DNA of 62,679 nucleotides, filler included. It is 7 parts of 7 records of this genome, joined end to end, with 100 filler letters (N's around TTAATTAATTAA, not from the genome) between each part and the next. Parts side by side here need not be neighbours in the genome. Positions count along the whole stretch, not along the records: positions 15,177 to 24,439 come from DRR723986_19098; positions 24,540 to 38,299 come from DRR723986_19102; 5 more parts are not named here. The stretch is one strand, 5' to 3'. Under the pieces are notes generated by a model that saw only the letters and a program-made list of their open reading frames with translations, did no database searches and was not told where the DNA came from. This document shows, in pieces, positions 20,801 to 29,676 of the stretch; the stretch's first letter is position 1, and every line of letters starts with the position of its first letter. A program made the translations under genes and the position numbers.

Positions 20801-21475
20801 ATCAGAGTACGCCTGGTAATAACGCTGAGCATCGGCATCGGTGCGCGCCGCTTCGCCCAGCATGTCATAGGAATAGGTATAGCCCCGCTCTTCCTGGGAC
20901 TTGCCGCGGTCCTGCGCCTCTTCAATGGTACGACCCAGTACAAACTGGCGCCCCATTTCCTTCATGGCCTGGCCCGCCACGGTGCGCACAACCGGTTCGC
21001 CCAGGCGCTTGACCAGCTTACGCAAGGTATCACCCACACTCTGGCGCTCGGAATCTTTCAGCAGGTTGCTGGTCATCAGCAGGGCCAGGGTGGCCGAGTT
21101 GATCATTCCGGACTTGGCCTTGCCCACGTGAGCCCCCCAGTTGCCCGAGGTAATCTTGTCTTCGATCAGGTCCTGGATGGTGAGGTTGTCGGGAACCCGC
21201 AACAAAGCCTCCGCCAGGCACATAAGAGCCACCCCTTCTTTGGTGGTCAGCCCGTATTCGGCGAGAAACTTTTCCATGATGGTCGGGCGTGCGCTGTTGC
21301 GAACATCACGCACCAGCTCTGCCGCCCGGGCCGAAATAGCCTTTCGGGTTTCATCCGACAACTGGGCCTCAGCAATCAGCCGGTGAATCACTTCATGCTC
21401 ATCTGCCAGGTAGTTTGCACGGATCGCCTGGCGAATGTCGTTAAGCTCCGGCGCCACAGATTGCTGAAGACTCAT
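17846..21475 (-). CDS. putA: Bifunctional proline dehydrogenase / P5C dehydrogenase
   Basis: EGVALMCLAEALLRVPD, YSYDMLGE, RLVKGAYWD, FQSAGQRCSALR, C-terminal DTTAAGGNASL. Confidence 0.97.
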   Translation of the reverse strand: MSLQQSVAPELNDIRQAIRANYLADEHEVIHRLIAEAQLSDETRKAISARAAELVRDVRNSARPTIMEKFLAEYGLTTKEGVALMCLAEALLRVPDNLTIQDLIEDKITSGNWGAHVGKAKSGMINSATLALLMTSNLLKDSERQSVGDTLRKLVKRLGEPVVRTVAGQAMKEMGRQFVLGRTIEEAQDRGKSQEERGYTYSYDMLGEAARTDADAQRYYQAYSDAIDSISKRCKGDVRTNPGISVKLSALLARYEYGHKERVMNELMPRALKLAKKAAAANMGFNIDAEEQDRLDLSLDVIEAILSDPELKDWQGFGVVVQAFGKRASQTLDWLYALSEKLDRRIMVRLVKGAYWDAEIKRAQVMGLSDFPVFTRKACSDVAYLAGARKLLGMTDRIYPQFATHNAHSVSAVLELAKDLSRDKFEFQRLHGMGESLHDQVLEDSGVPCRIYAPVGAHKDLLAYLVRRLLENGANSSFVNQIVDTSITPEEIAKDPIDVVVGLGHNLSSKAIVHPSKIFGEQRRNSKGWDITDPVTVAEIDEGRNRYKSHQWKGGPILAVDSVSDEVVEVRNPANPDDLVGHITYTSEADISSALDAAQEGFKQWSSVPAEERAAMIRRVGDLYEENVHELFALTTREAGKSLLDAVAEIREAVDFAMFYANEGIRYKNDGEARGVMCCISPWNFPLAIFTGQILANLAAGNAVVAKPAEQTSLLAFRAVELMHQAGIPRAAIQLLPGTGATVGSGLTSDARVTGVCFTGSTATAQRINKAMTEHMEPDAPLVAETGGLNAMIVDSTALPEQVVRDVLASSFQSAGQRCSALRMLYVQKDIADNLLEMLYGAMEELGIGDPWQLSTDVGPVIDENARKKITDHCQKFEQQGKLLKKLNVPEKGLFVSPAVLQVSGIEELEEEIFGPVLHVATFEAKDIDKVIDAVNAKGYGLTFGIHSRVDRRIEHIASRIKVGNTYVNRNQIGAIVGSQPFGGEGLSGTGPKAGGPQYVRRFLRGEVVEKPAQSSDKVLSTDKAQKLIDKLAKVAVPEAEGRQALLDPFFGKVPAPLDEGYEEMPGPTGEQNHLSCHGRGLVLCLGPDAESAVEQAGTALSQGNKVVVIAPGAEKALADAIKAGLPVVASDGMLDPDALSHLTGFEAVVSVAEKPLLKQYRMALSKREGALLPVITEHKLDQRYVIERHLCIDTTAAGGNASLIASAE

Positions 21476-21673
21476 GGTGTACCCTCCTGATTGTTTGAAT
21501 ACTGACCGCATTTTAGCGAAGCAGGTACATGCAATTAGCCTGTTCAGCATCCAAATAGATTATTATTTTCCTTTTTTGGTACCTGAAAATTATCTATAAG
21601 CCTGCACTTTCGCTAATATTGGACGTTTCGGCCTTTTAAAAAAATTCATCCACTATCTCAAAGGATAGCAGCC

Positions 21674-22126
21674 ATGGCAGATCTCGACAGAATCGATCTT
21701 TCCATCATCCGGGAACTGCAAAAGAACGGCCGTATTACCGTGACAGACCTTGCTTCCCGGGTCGGTTTATCAAAGACTCCCTGTCAGGTACGAATGAAAC
21801 GGTTGGAAGATCAGGGATACATTACCGGCTACAGCGCCATGGTGAATCAGACCAAGCTGGGGCTCTCTCATGTTGCGTTCGCCCAGGTCACCCTGAATGA
21901 CACCAGCAGCAAGGCACTGGCGGCGTTCAATGAGGCCGTCCGACAAATCTCCGCGGTGGAGCAATGCCATATGATGGCAGCGAATTTCGACTATCTTCTG
22001 AAAATACGTACCCGCAACATGGCTGAATACCGCCAGGTTCTGGGAGAACAGATCTCCAGTCTGCCCCATGTACTCCAGACCAGCACCTTTGTCGTGATGG
22101 AAAACGTTAAAGACCGAGGACAGTAA
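21674..22126 (+). CDS. putR: Lrp/AsnC regulator (PutR-like)
   Basis: LDRIDLSII HTH, GLSKTPCQ; divergent from putA. Confidence 0.85.
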   Translation: MADLDRIDLSIIRELQKNGRITVTDLASRVGLSKTPCQVRMKRLEDQGYITGYSAMVNQTKLGLSHVAFAQVTLNDTSSKALAAFNEAVRQISAVEQCHMMAANFDYLLKIRTRNMAEYRQVLGEQISSLPHVLQTSTFVVMENVKDRGQ

Positions 22127-22127
22127 G

Positions 22128-23264
22128 ATGCGGATCGTTGTTGCCCCCGACTCTTTCAAGGAATGTCTCTCAGCGCAGCAGGTTGCCTCTGCCATCGCCC
22201 GTGGATGGCGCAACGCTGCCCCAGAGGATGAGATTGTAGAAATCCCCCTCGCCGATGGGGGTGAAGGAACCACAGTGGCACTGACAGAGGCTCTGGGCGG
22301 GCAACTGCATACGGTGGCCGTCACGGGCCCGCTGGGTGAGCGTATCGAAGCCCGCTTTGGCCTGGCCAATAACAACGAAACCGCCGTCATCGAGGTAGCT
22401 GAAGCCAGTGGCTTGCATTGTGTACCCGCCGGGGCCCGTGATGCGCTCCGGGCAACCAGCCGTGGTACTGGAGACTTGATTCTGGCAGCCCTGAAACACC
22501 GGCCGAAAACATTGATTATGGGCCTGGGAGGAAGCGCCACAACGGATGGCGGCGCTGGTATGTTACAGGCGCTGGGGGCGCGCCTGCTGGATAACGAGGG
22601 CGAGGAAATCGGGCCCGGCGGTGCGGGCCTGGCACGACTGGCCACGGCAGACCTTGAACCTGCGATTCGCAGACTCAACGGCATCCAGTTGATTGTGGCC
22701 TGTGATGTCACCAATCCGTTGCTGGGCCCGGAGGGAGCGGCAGCGGTTTTCGGGCCACAGAAAGGCGCCAATGAAGACGACGTTCGTCAGCTGGACGCCA
22801 GTCTTGCGCATTTTTCCCGTCTGGTTAAGGCGCAGGGCCTGGACATTGCCAGCTTTCCCGGCAGTGGCGCGGCCGGGGGTATCGGTGGCACGGTCAAGGG
22901 TATTCTGGGCGCCCGACTCCAACCGGGAATAGAGCTGGTGATGGAGGCCGTCAAACTGGAGCAGCATATCCGCAACGCGGATCTGGTGATCACCGCGGAA
23001 GGTGCCATCGATGCTCAAAGCGCCTTTGGAAAAACGCCGGCCGGCGTGTCCAGACTGGCACATGCCTGCGGTGTACCAGTGATTGGCCTGTGTGGAAAAT
23101 TAGGGGCTGAACTGGCTCCGCTCCATAGCGTTGGGTTAACAGCGGCTTTCTCGATCACCCCCGCGCCCATCACCCTGACGGAAGCCTATGGCCGGGCAGA
23201 AGCGAACCTCGAGAAGTCTTCAGAACAGCTGGCGCGCCTGGCGCACAGTTTATCACGCAGGTGA
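22128..23264 (+). CDS. glxK: Glycerate kinase
   Basis: MRIVVAPDSFKE, PLADGGEG, GLGGSATTDGG, FGPQKGA. Confidence 0.93.
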   Translation: MRIVVAPDSFKECLSAQQVASAIARGWRNAAPEDEIVEIPLADGGEGTTVALTEALGGQLHTVAVTGPLGERIEARFGLANNNETAVIEVAEASGLHCVPAGARDALRATSRGTGDLILAALKHRPKTLIMGLGGSATTDGGAGMLQALGARLLDNEGEEIGPGGAGLARLATADLEPAIRRLNGIQLIVACDVTNPLLGPEGAAAVFGPQKGANEDDVRQLDASLAHFSRLVKAQGLDIASFPGSGAAGGIGGTVKGILGARLQPGIELVMEAVKLEQHIRNADLVITAEGAIDAQSAFGKTPAGVSRLAHACGVPVIGLCGKLGAELAPLHSVGLTAAFSITPAPITLTEAYGRAEANLEKSSEQLARLAHSLSRR

Positions 23265-23894
23265 AGCGGTTTTCCGTAATCCGGTGAGTTCTACCCGGCC
23301 GCGGGCCAAACGAACCTGGCCCCGGCGTTCAAGCTCTTTAAGCAGTCGGCTGACCACTTCCCTGGCCGTTCCCAGCTCCACGGCCAGCTCCTGATGGGTA
23401 ATATTCAGTACACTCTGACCAGCAGCCGCACGGACCTGAAGCCACTCCTCCAGACGCTCATCCATGCGGTGAAACGCTACTTCTTCAACCAACAACATCA
23501 GATCGTCAAGACGACGGCCATAGGACTCCATAATCCCCAGCCGGAACTCTGCCGACTGATCCATCAGCCGATCGAATAATCCGCGCGGGATAATGGCGGC
23601 TTCTGCCTCATCTTCAACGATGGCTTCAGCCCGGTAGCCACGCCCCGTCATCAGACAGCCAATGGACAACGTGCAGATATCGTCAGCGCCCATACGGTAG
23701 AGCACGATGCTGTGGCCAGATGCTCCGGTCATCTGCACCTTGATACTGCCATCCAGCACCAGGGGAAGCCCCCGGCAATGTTCTCCGGCACTGAACAGCA
23801 CCTGCCCGGGAGGGAAACGCATGGCCTGGAGACCCTCCAGGACATCTTTGCGCAGGGAGTCGTGTAGTGTGTCGAGAATACTGTGCCTGGCCAT
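23253..23894 (-). CDS. Crp/Fnr family transcriptional regulator
   Basis: cNMP-type domain and HTH THQELAVELGTAREVVSRLL. Confidence 0.93.
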   Translation of the reverse strand: MARHSILDTLHDSLRKDVLEGLQAMRFPPGQVLFSAGEHCRGLPLVLDGSIKVQMTGASGHSIVLYRMGADDICTLSIGCLMTGRGYRAEAIVEDEAEAAIIPRGLFDRLMDQSAEFRLGIMESYGRRLDDLMLLVEEVAFHRMDERLEEWLQVRAAAGQSVLNITHQELAVELGTAREVVSRLLKELERRGQVRLARGRVELTGLRKTASPA

Positions 23895-23929
23895 TCCGCA
23901 TTGCCTTGTATCGAAAGTCGTCTGCCTGT

Positions 23930-23942
23930 GTGACTTTATCAC
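23930..23942. promoter_or_regulatory. Candidate Crp/Fnr-family operator
   Basis: GTGAC-TTT-ATCAC imperfect palindrome between regulator and DUF2892 gene; TATAGT about 22 bp downstream. Confidence 0.55.
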
Positions 23943-24006
23943 TGAACCCGGCCAATAACAGGCCTATAGTCAAACCATCATCCGACATCACACAGGAGAG
24001 ACCAAG

Positions 24007-24195
24007 ATGACGGTAAACATGGGTTCCGCTGATCGTATTATTCGTGCCATCGTGGGTGTTGTCCTGCTGGCCCTGGTCTTTGTTGGCCCCCAGACACCCT
24101 GGGGCTGGATTGGCATTGTACCGCTGGCCACAGCACTGGTGGGTAACTGCCCTGCCTATTCCCTGCTCGGCATCAAGACCTGCAAAACAAAATAG
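24007..24195 (+). CDS. DUF2892 (YgaP-like) small membrane protein
   Basis: NMGSADRIIR...CPAYSLLGIKTC; SD AGGAG. Confidence 0.9.
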   Translation: MTVNMGSADRIIRAIVGVVLLALVFVGPQTPWGWIGIVPLATALVGNCPAYSLLGIKTCKTK

Positions 24196-24214
24196 GCCTG
24201 CAGGCTTCAGAAAC

Positions 24215-24253
24215 ACAAAGGCCAGAGCAGCTCGCGCCACTCTGGCCTTTTGT
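24215..24253. terminator. Bidirectional terminator
   Basis: AAAGGCCAGAG...CTCTGGCCTTTT between convergent genes. Confidence 0.7.
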
Positions 24254-24285
24254 CGTTCTTCAATGCAGACAGGCTTACTGCTGTC

Positions 24286-24439
24286 TCAACGCACCGGCGT
24301 GTTCAGCACATCCAGCACTTCCTCAAGCTCGGTTATCATCTGACGGATCAACTGCTTGTACTGTGAGGTATCATCCTTCACTTCGCTGCTGCTGAGCTTC
24401 TGTTTGGCACCACCAATGGTGTAGCCCTGATCGTACAGC
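24286..24439 (-). CDS. MerR family regulator (ihfA-associated type), 3' fragment
   Basis: Manual translation LYDQGYTIGGAKQKL...QMITELEEVLDVLNTPVR*; not in the ORF track. Confidence 0.75.
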
Positions 24440-24539
24440 NNNNNNNNNNNNNNNNNNNNNNNNNNNNNNNNNNNNNNNNNNNNTTAATTAATTAANNNNN
24501 NNNNNNNNNNNNNNNNNNNNNNNNNNNNNNNNNNNNNNN
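24440..24539. other. Artificial contig linker
   Basis: N-run with TTAATTAATTAA. Confidence 0.99.
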
Positions 24540-24839
24540 AACGGCCCGCCAGAGATAGTGTCGCTCTCCATTGACCTTCACAAAAACCTCATCCAAGTGC
24601 CACTGCCAGCGGGTGGACTTCAAACCAGCTATCCGGCGCTTTCTGATATCTGACGCAAACATTGGGCCGAACCTGTGCCACCAGAACCGGGCGGGCTGGT
24701 GGCTGACGTCAACTCCATGCCTAGGAAGAAAGTCTGCGCCGTTCGGAAGCGAAAGCGGAAAACGCATGTACAGGATGACCACCACGCGGATGAGCTCTGG
24801 GCTGGTTTTGAAATACTTTAAAGGGGAGCGTTTGGCCGT
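24540..24839 (-). pseudogene. IS6 transposase, degenerate 5' part
   Basis: KRSPLKYFKTSPELIR..RFPLS..RFGPMFA..WHLDEVFVKVNGERHYLWRAV; expected start reads ACG; usual LRNVEDLLHERG-type segment reads LPNGADFLPRHG. Confidence 0.65.
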
Positions 24840-24895
24840 GAACAGATGCTCGCCGACCCTCGCTCTGCATCAAGCAAAGTTATTCTGACACGGCC
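24540..24895 (-). mobile_element. IS6 family insertion sequence, left end
   Basis: Terminal IR-like GGCCGTGTCAGAA starting at 24895 on minus strand; IS6 transposase frame follows. Confidence 0.85.
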
Positions 24896-24897
24896 GT

Positions 24898-25842
24898 TTA
24901 GGGCGCCAAAAAATTGTTAGCTTCGGAGAACACCTCACCAGAGTTTTTCGCCAAACTAACAAAATGGCCTCCATTCGCGATTTCAATGTAGCGCCTTTCA
25001 CTAGACCCAATCTTGTCGAACAGGTTCAGTGCGTCTGATCTTGTCGAGGTTAGATCGTGGCTACCACGAATAATCATAACGGGTACGTTTACATCCTCAG
25101 GTCGATACAACGGAATTCCGTTAAAGCACTGTATCAAGTCAACGAATGTTCCGTTTGGGGAATGCAGTTTGGGCACCGCAAAATTATTGCTTTTGACATC
25201 ATCTTGAAGAGCGCTGGTTACAACTGCCTCAACGGCGCCCTCTGAATGCCAGTCACAACCGACGGGAAGCTCTTCATTCAAACGATCCAACAAATCAGTC
25301 AGTGCTGTAGCTCTATATGCACCAAATGCAGGGTTAAGCTTTTCTTTATCGGCAGGGTCCCCAATCATGTTCCGCCAGAGTTCGTTTCTCTCGGCAAAAA
25401 TTGGGGCTGCTAGCACAAGACGGTTAATGCGTCCGCGCCCAATTGTCGACGCATAGAGCCCGCAAGTAACAGAACCCCACGAAATTCCTACGAGAGATGG
25501 CGCACAACGATGTCGCCTTGAAATCCACTCCACCGCATCGTCAATATCTTTAATTGCATCGGACGCCGGAGCATACGGGTTTGTCTGCTTCCACATTTGA
25601 TCAGACTGGGACTTTCCATAGCCTCGGATATCCAAAGCATATGATGCAAATCCTGCCTCGGCAGCAGCTGCCATCCAATTACGTCCTTTAACCGGGGCGT
25701 AAAACCCATGACTTGCAACCGTCGCACCGTGGACAAATAAGATAGGCGAACCTTTTCCTAACTCAGCAACGTGCAGTTCCAAGCCCAACTCGCTGGCTGA
25801 GGGTATGAAATTTGATGTTGGTCTGTGCTTTTCTTCGATCAT
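24898..25842 (-). CDS. Alpha/beta fold hydrolase
   Basis: FVHGAT, LDIRGYGKS, GISWG nucleophile, GSHD, GGHF. Confidence 0.9.
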   Translation of the reverse strand: MIEEKHRPTSNFIPSASELGLELHVAELGKGSPILFVHGATVASHGFYAPVKGRNWMAAAAEAGFASYALDIRGYGKSQSDQMWKQTNPYAPASDAIKDIDDAVEWISRRHRCAPSLVGISWGSVTCGLYASTIGRGRINRLVLAAPIFAERNELWRNMIGDPADKEKLNPAFGAYRATALTDLLDRLNEELPVGCDWHSEGAVEAVVTSALQDDVKSNNFAVPKLHSPNGTFVDLIQCFNGIPLYRPEDVNVPVMIIRGSHDLTSTRSDALNLFDKIGSSERRYIEIANGGHFVSLAKNSGEVFSEANNFLAP

Positions 25843-25855
25843 GGCAGGAAGATTC

Positions 25856-27136
25856 TCATAGTTTGGAGGGTAGAAACGTGACTAGCGAAGGCACCGCCCA
25901 CAGCAAAAACATTCCCAAAGTGAAAACACCTACAATTGGCCAAGCTGCGGAAAATATGCGAGCAGTAGGAACACTGGTTGCACTCTTAAGAGCAAACAAC
26001 GTGTAGCCAAATGGTGGACTCAGGCTGGCAACTGTTAAATTTATTAAAAAAAGTGTCCAAAACCATATTGGATCAAATTCAAGCGCTTTTACTAAGGGCT
26101 GATATATAGGGACTGCCAATAACATAAAGGCAACTTGATCTACAAACATACAGATAAAAAATGGGATTAACATCATGATAAGAAACATTATGTCTGGGCT
26201 GAAATCCAACCCACTTACAAAGGCCACTAATCCACGGGTTGCACCAGCAAGCGAGAGGAGCTGTGCAAAAAATTTAGCTGAAGCTACGATAATCAACAAA
26301 ACAGCACTCATTGAAATTGCTGAATAAACCGCATCCCTCAACATACTAATTGATAATTTTTTAAACCAAACCGCTACAAAAAGAGCTCCAAGAACACCGG
26401 TCGCAGCACTTTCCGAAGGCGTCGCAATTCCCATCATAATCATGCCCATAACAGAGGAAACAACGACTAAGAACGGAGCCATGCCCAGCAAAGCTCTGAG
26501 TTTTGACCCTTCAGTCTTAGCAACTGATACTGGCATGTCTTTTCCCGTCCAGAAAACATAACAAAGTGTCAGCGCTGACATTAAAAAACCTGGCAATATA
26601 CCCGCGATTAATAACCCTGAGATTGAAACATCTGCGAGCGAACCTACGACAATTGCCAACAAACTTGGTGGAATAATTGGCGCCAATGATGCGCCTGCAA
26701 GTATTGTCCCAATGGAAAGTTTTTCTTGGTAGCCCCGCTTCGACATAGTTGGTAACAGAGACCTCCCCAACATAGACGCGACTGCTACAGCACTGCCGGA
26801 CAAAGCACCAAAAATCGTAGCAAGCAACATGACAACAATATACAGCCTTCCGCGCACTCGGCCGATAAGTTGATCAATACTGTCAAAGAGAATTTCCACC
26901 GATCCTGATCGGAATAAGATCTCACCCATGAGAATGAAAAGACACACTGTAACAAGGGTTTCAGACGTAGCGGTTTCAAACAATGAGTTTGAAAAGAGGC
27001 CGAAGCCTCGGGGTCCAACGACTACTAACAAACCAACGAGATTAAGCGTAAGAAAAGCTATAAAGACCCCAACACCCATAAAGAGCAGGAACAGCAGCAA
27101 TACGATGGCCAATGGGAGTAAGATGAACCAACTCAT
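25856..27136 (-). CDS. dctM: TRAP transporter large permease
   Basis: LFILMGE, GALSGS, IIPPS, ATPSES, SPPFG motifs. Confidence 0.93.
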   Translation of the reverse strand: MSWFILLPLAIVLLLFLLFMGVGVFIAFLTLNLVGLLVVVGPRGFGLFSNSLFETATSETLVTVCLFILMGEILFRSGSVEILFDSIDQLIGRVRGRLYIVVMLLATIFGALSGSAVAVASMLGRSLLPTMSKRGYQEKLSIGTILAGASLAPIIPPSLLAIVVGSLADVSISGLLIAGILPGFLMSALTLCYVFWTGKDMPVSVAKTEGSKLRALLGMAPFLVVVSSVMGMIMMGIATPSESAATGVLGALFVAVWFKKLSISMLRDAVYSAISMSAVLLIIVASAKFFAQLLSLAGATRGLVAFVSGLDFSPDIMFLIMMLIPFFICMFVDQVAFMLLAVPIYQPLVKALEFDPIWFWTLFLINLTVASLSPPFGYTLFALKSATSVPTARIFSAAWPIVGVFTLGMFLLWAVPSLVTFLPSKL

Positions 27137-27633
27137 AGCTGGTCCCTTTCTTCAAAAAAATGACGCAGGAAAAAGCTTGACGCTCCCAAAAGCCCGAAAG
27201 CAATTAATGCAGTCAGATAATAACGTGGAATTGGGAACGCGGCATTAGTCATCAAGCCTGACTCGAACTGCTTTAACGTTTCAAGGCAAACAATCCACCC
27301 AGCAAAGCCACTGACAACAGCGGACATCATAAGATTTAACTTTCCCAGCAAACGAGCCTTATTGCGAGACAGGTTTTCGGGTACAATCTCGATTGCAATA
27401 TGTGCTTTCTGACGTGTCATCTCAGGGAGAGCCAAGAAGATAATTGCGACAAGACAATACCTTACATATTCCGACGACCAGGCTGTGGGTGCCGAGAAAA
27501 TATAGCGTGCAGCCACCTCAAAAAGAAAAAGTGAGGTAGCTGCGACCAAAGCAGCTGACGCAATCACGAACAACGTGCGTGCCAGCCAAGCATGTACACC
27601 ATACAGGAGCGCCAAGAGTTTTCTCTCAGTCAA
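27133..27633 (-). CDS. dctQ: TRAP transporter small permease
   Basis: 4 TM, RYIFSAPTAWSSE, HIAIE. Confidence 0.9.
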   Translation of the reverse strand: MTERKLLALLYGVHAWLARTLFVIASAALVAATSLFLFEVAARYIFSAPTAWSSEYVRYCLVAIIFLALPEMTRQKAHIAIEIVPENLSRNKARLLGKLNLMMSAVVSGFAGWIVCLETLKQFESGLMTNAAFPIPRYYLTALIAFGLLGASSFFLRHFFEERDQL

Positions 27634-28606
27634 TTAACGCTGAATTCGTTGCAAGCGTACGAAAAGCCTCAGCCTTTGCTGGGTCACCCTTTGCGGCTAA
27701 AGCCCACACTCCACCACTTAAAAGGCTATTGAGACGATCTGCTTCTTCAACTGGAAAAAGCGTTGTTTTCATTCCTTCTGCCAGAAGTGTCTCAAGTTCA
27801 GCATCATAAATTGCATCAAAACGGCCAACAGAGTCCAATTCGAGCCGGACCGCTGCGCGCTCAAAAACTGATTTTTGCTCATCGGCAAGCCCATTCCATG
27901 AATCCAGATTCATCAAAACTAAACCTGAGACCTCACCAAATCGTGGCTGCGCAACATAATCGGCCACTTCAAACCAGCGCAATTGCGGTGCACCCAAGCT
28001 AAATGCCGCGCCGTCTATTACTCCCTTTTGCAATGATGAGTATACATCGCCTGCTCCAAGGACCACACCGGAGCCACCAAGCGCTTCTAGCAAAGGGTGG
28101 TAAGTAACTGTTCCCCGGATTTTTCTACCTGCAAGGGAAGGTGATGCGGTGATTGGGTCTTTAAGGTAAATTGAGAATGCCCCGTTCGACCCACCAACGG
28201 GCGGAACAGCTATAACCTTCATGCCCATTTCTTGATAGTGTGCATCTAAGAAGTCGATCACGCCACTAGCGCGCCGCGCCTGAGGATCACTTTTGATCCC
28301 ATCCATAGCAAGACCAAGCGTTGACGCACCGGCATGATAAGCTGGATGAGTGAATAGCAGATCAAATACGCCAGCTTGCACTGGTTCCAACTGCTCAAGA
28401 GGAGGGACCGCGTCTGAATAAGTCAAAGTGATATCAAAAGCACCGTCAGATTCCTCCCGCACAAACTCGATAAAGGGCTTCATCGCCTCTGCGTTGTAGA
28501 CAAACCCCTCCGGAAAAGAGCTCAACATGCGGAATTCTTGTGCTTTTGCAGGTGCAAGAATCGCGACCGCCCCCAGCAGCACTAAAGAAAAAACTGATCT
28601 TTTCAT
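27626..28606 (-). CDS. dctP: TRAP substrate-binding protein
   Basis: Signal peptide, LAGRKIRG, DVYSSLQKGVIDG. Confidence 0.9.
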   Translation of the reverse strand: MKRSVFSLVLLGAVAILAPAKAQEFRMLSSFPEGFVYNAEAMKPFIEFVREESDGAFDITLTYSDAVPPLEQLEPVQAGVFDLLFTHPAYHAGASTLGLAMDGIKSDPQARRASGVIDFLDAHYQEMGMKVIAVPPVGGSNGAFSIYLKDPITASPSLAGRKIRGTVTYHPLLEALGGSGVVLGAGDVYSSLQKGVIDGAAFSLGAPQLRWFEVADYVAQPRFGEVSGLVLMNLDSWNGLADEQKSVFERAAVRLELDSVGRFDAIYDAELETLLAEGMKTTLFPVEEADRLNSLLSGGVWALAAKGDPAKAEAFRTLATNSALID

Positions 28607-28646
28607 TCTGTCATCCTCCCATTAAACGGATTCCCTGAGAGCATCT

Positions 28647-28686
28647 AGTCCCAAATGGGACGTAATGTAAAGTCCCAAAAGAGACT
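28647..28686. promoter_or_regulatory. Tandem palindromic operators (probably bound by the adjacent MarR)
   Basis: GTCCC-AAAT-GGGAC (28648-28661) and AGTCCC-AAAA-GAGACT (28671-28686). Confidence 0.65.
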
Positions 28687-28725
28687 ATATTGAACCCAAG
28701 GATGATTTCCGGTACAGAGGTCGTA

Positions 28726-29307
28726 ATGACGAGAAAAGCTACACCCCATTTAGACAACTTTGCAGGCACCGAAGGCATTCGTGACGCATCCAGTGCTTTT
28801 CGGATGCGTTTTGGAGACGTCCCCGCACAGATAATAAAAAGCAGCAAAATCAGGCACACCTGGAGTCTCAGCTTTTTAGCCAACTACCTTAATCTTCCGC
28901 TGTATCGTGACCTGATAAAGACCACAGAGCTCAGCCGGCCTCAGATAGTTACGCTTTTCAGTCTGTCGGAATGCGACGGTCTGCAAGCTAGCGAAATTTG
29001 TCTAATAAGCGGTCAACCTAAAAATTCTATAAGCCGAGCAGTCATTGATCTGCGCAGGCGTGGATTGATTACTCAAAAGAGTCACTCTGTGGATCGGAGA
29101 GCGAAACATCTTCATCTCACAGAAGATGGCAGTGCGTTGTTGCAGCAGATACTAGACAGATTTCTTACCCGTCAATCGGCTATGCGTGCCGCACTCACAG
29201 ACGCTGAGCTTGAAGTTTTTGACCAGCTTCTTGAAAAGTTACTACTAGCAGTGCCAACGTGGGTTGATGATGGTGTCGAGGTGGAACGATTGGACAGCTC
29301 ACGTTAA
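28726..29307 (+). CDS. MarR family transcriptional regulator
   Basis: KNSISRAV..L..RGLI...DRRAKHLHLTEDG winged helix. Confidence 0.88.
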   Translation: MTRKATPHLDNFAGTEGIRDASSAFRMRFGDVPAQIIKSSKIRHTWSLSFLANYLNLPLYRDLIKTTELSRPQIVTLFSLSECDGLQASEICLISGQPKNSISRAVIDLRRRGLITQKSHSVDRRAKHLHLTEDGSALLQQILDRFLTRQSAMRAALTDAELEVFDQLLEKLLLAVPTWVDDGVEVERLDSSR

Positions 29308-29676
29308 CTCAACCCTTGATCAGTCAGTTTCCCAATTATAGTTGTGGGACGTTGCGCGGAGAGAAGCCAAAAGAATCTCAGTAGCGCCCACATACAAAGC
29401 TGGAACCAGACGTTAGCTACATTCAGGGCTAACTTAAGTTGTTTAGAATCAAGCAGAAACTATCTAGTATCCGAGGGGTAATCTCCCTGTTTTCGAGCTG
29501 GCCGAGTTTAAACACCCGGTCCAGTTCACGTGACTCAACGTTAGCGACCCGATGGCAACTGGGTCAACCCACGTTAATTACGATATGATTCAACCATTTG
29601 CAGACCCCTCAGTTTGCATGAGGATCACTTTTGGAAAAAGTTTATAGAGAGTCTTAGCACATTAAGCCTTAGTGGC

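Noticed and set aside
15177-24439. Contig 3 as a tRNA-Pro-integrated island
   Set aside because: The tRNA has intact CCA and its own terminator; no integrase, duplicated att site or obvious compositional shift.
29308-29676. 369-nt intergenic region between MarR and the Na/Pi gene as ncRNA or gene remnant
   Set aside because: No convincing stems, repeats or ORF; probably a junction between two acquired modules.
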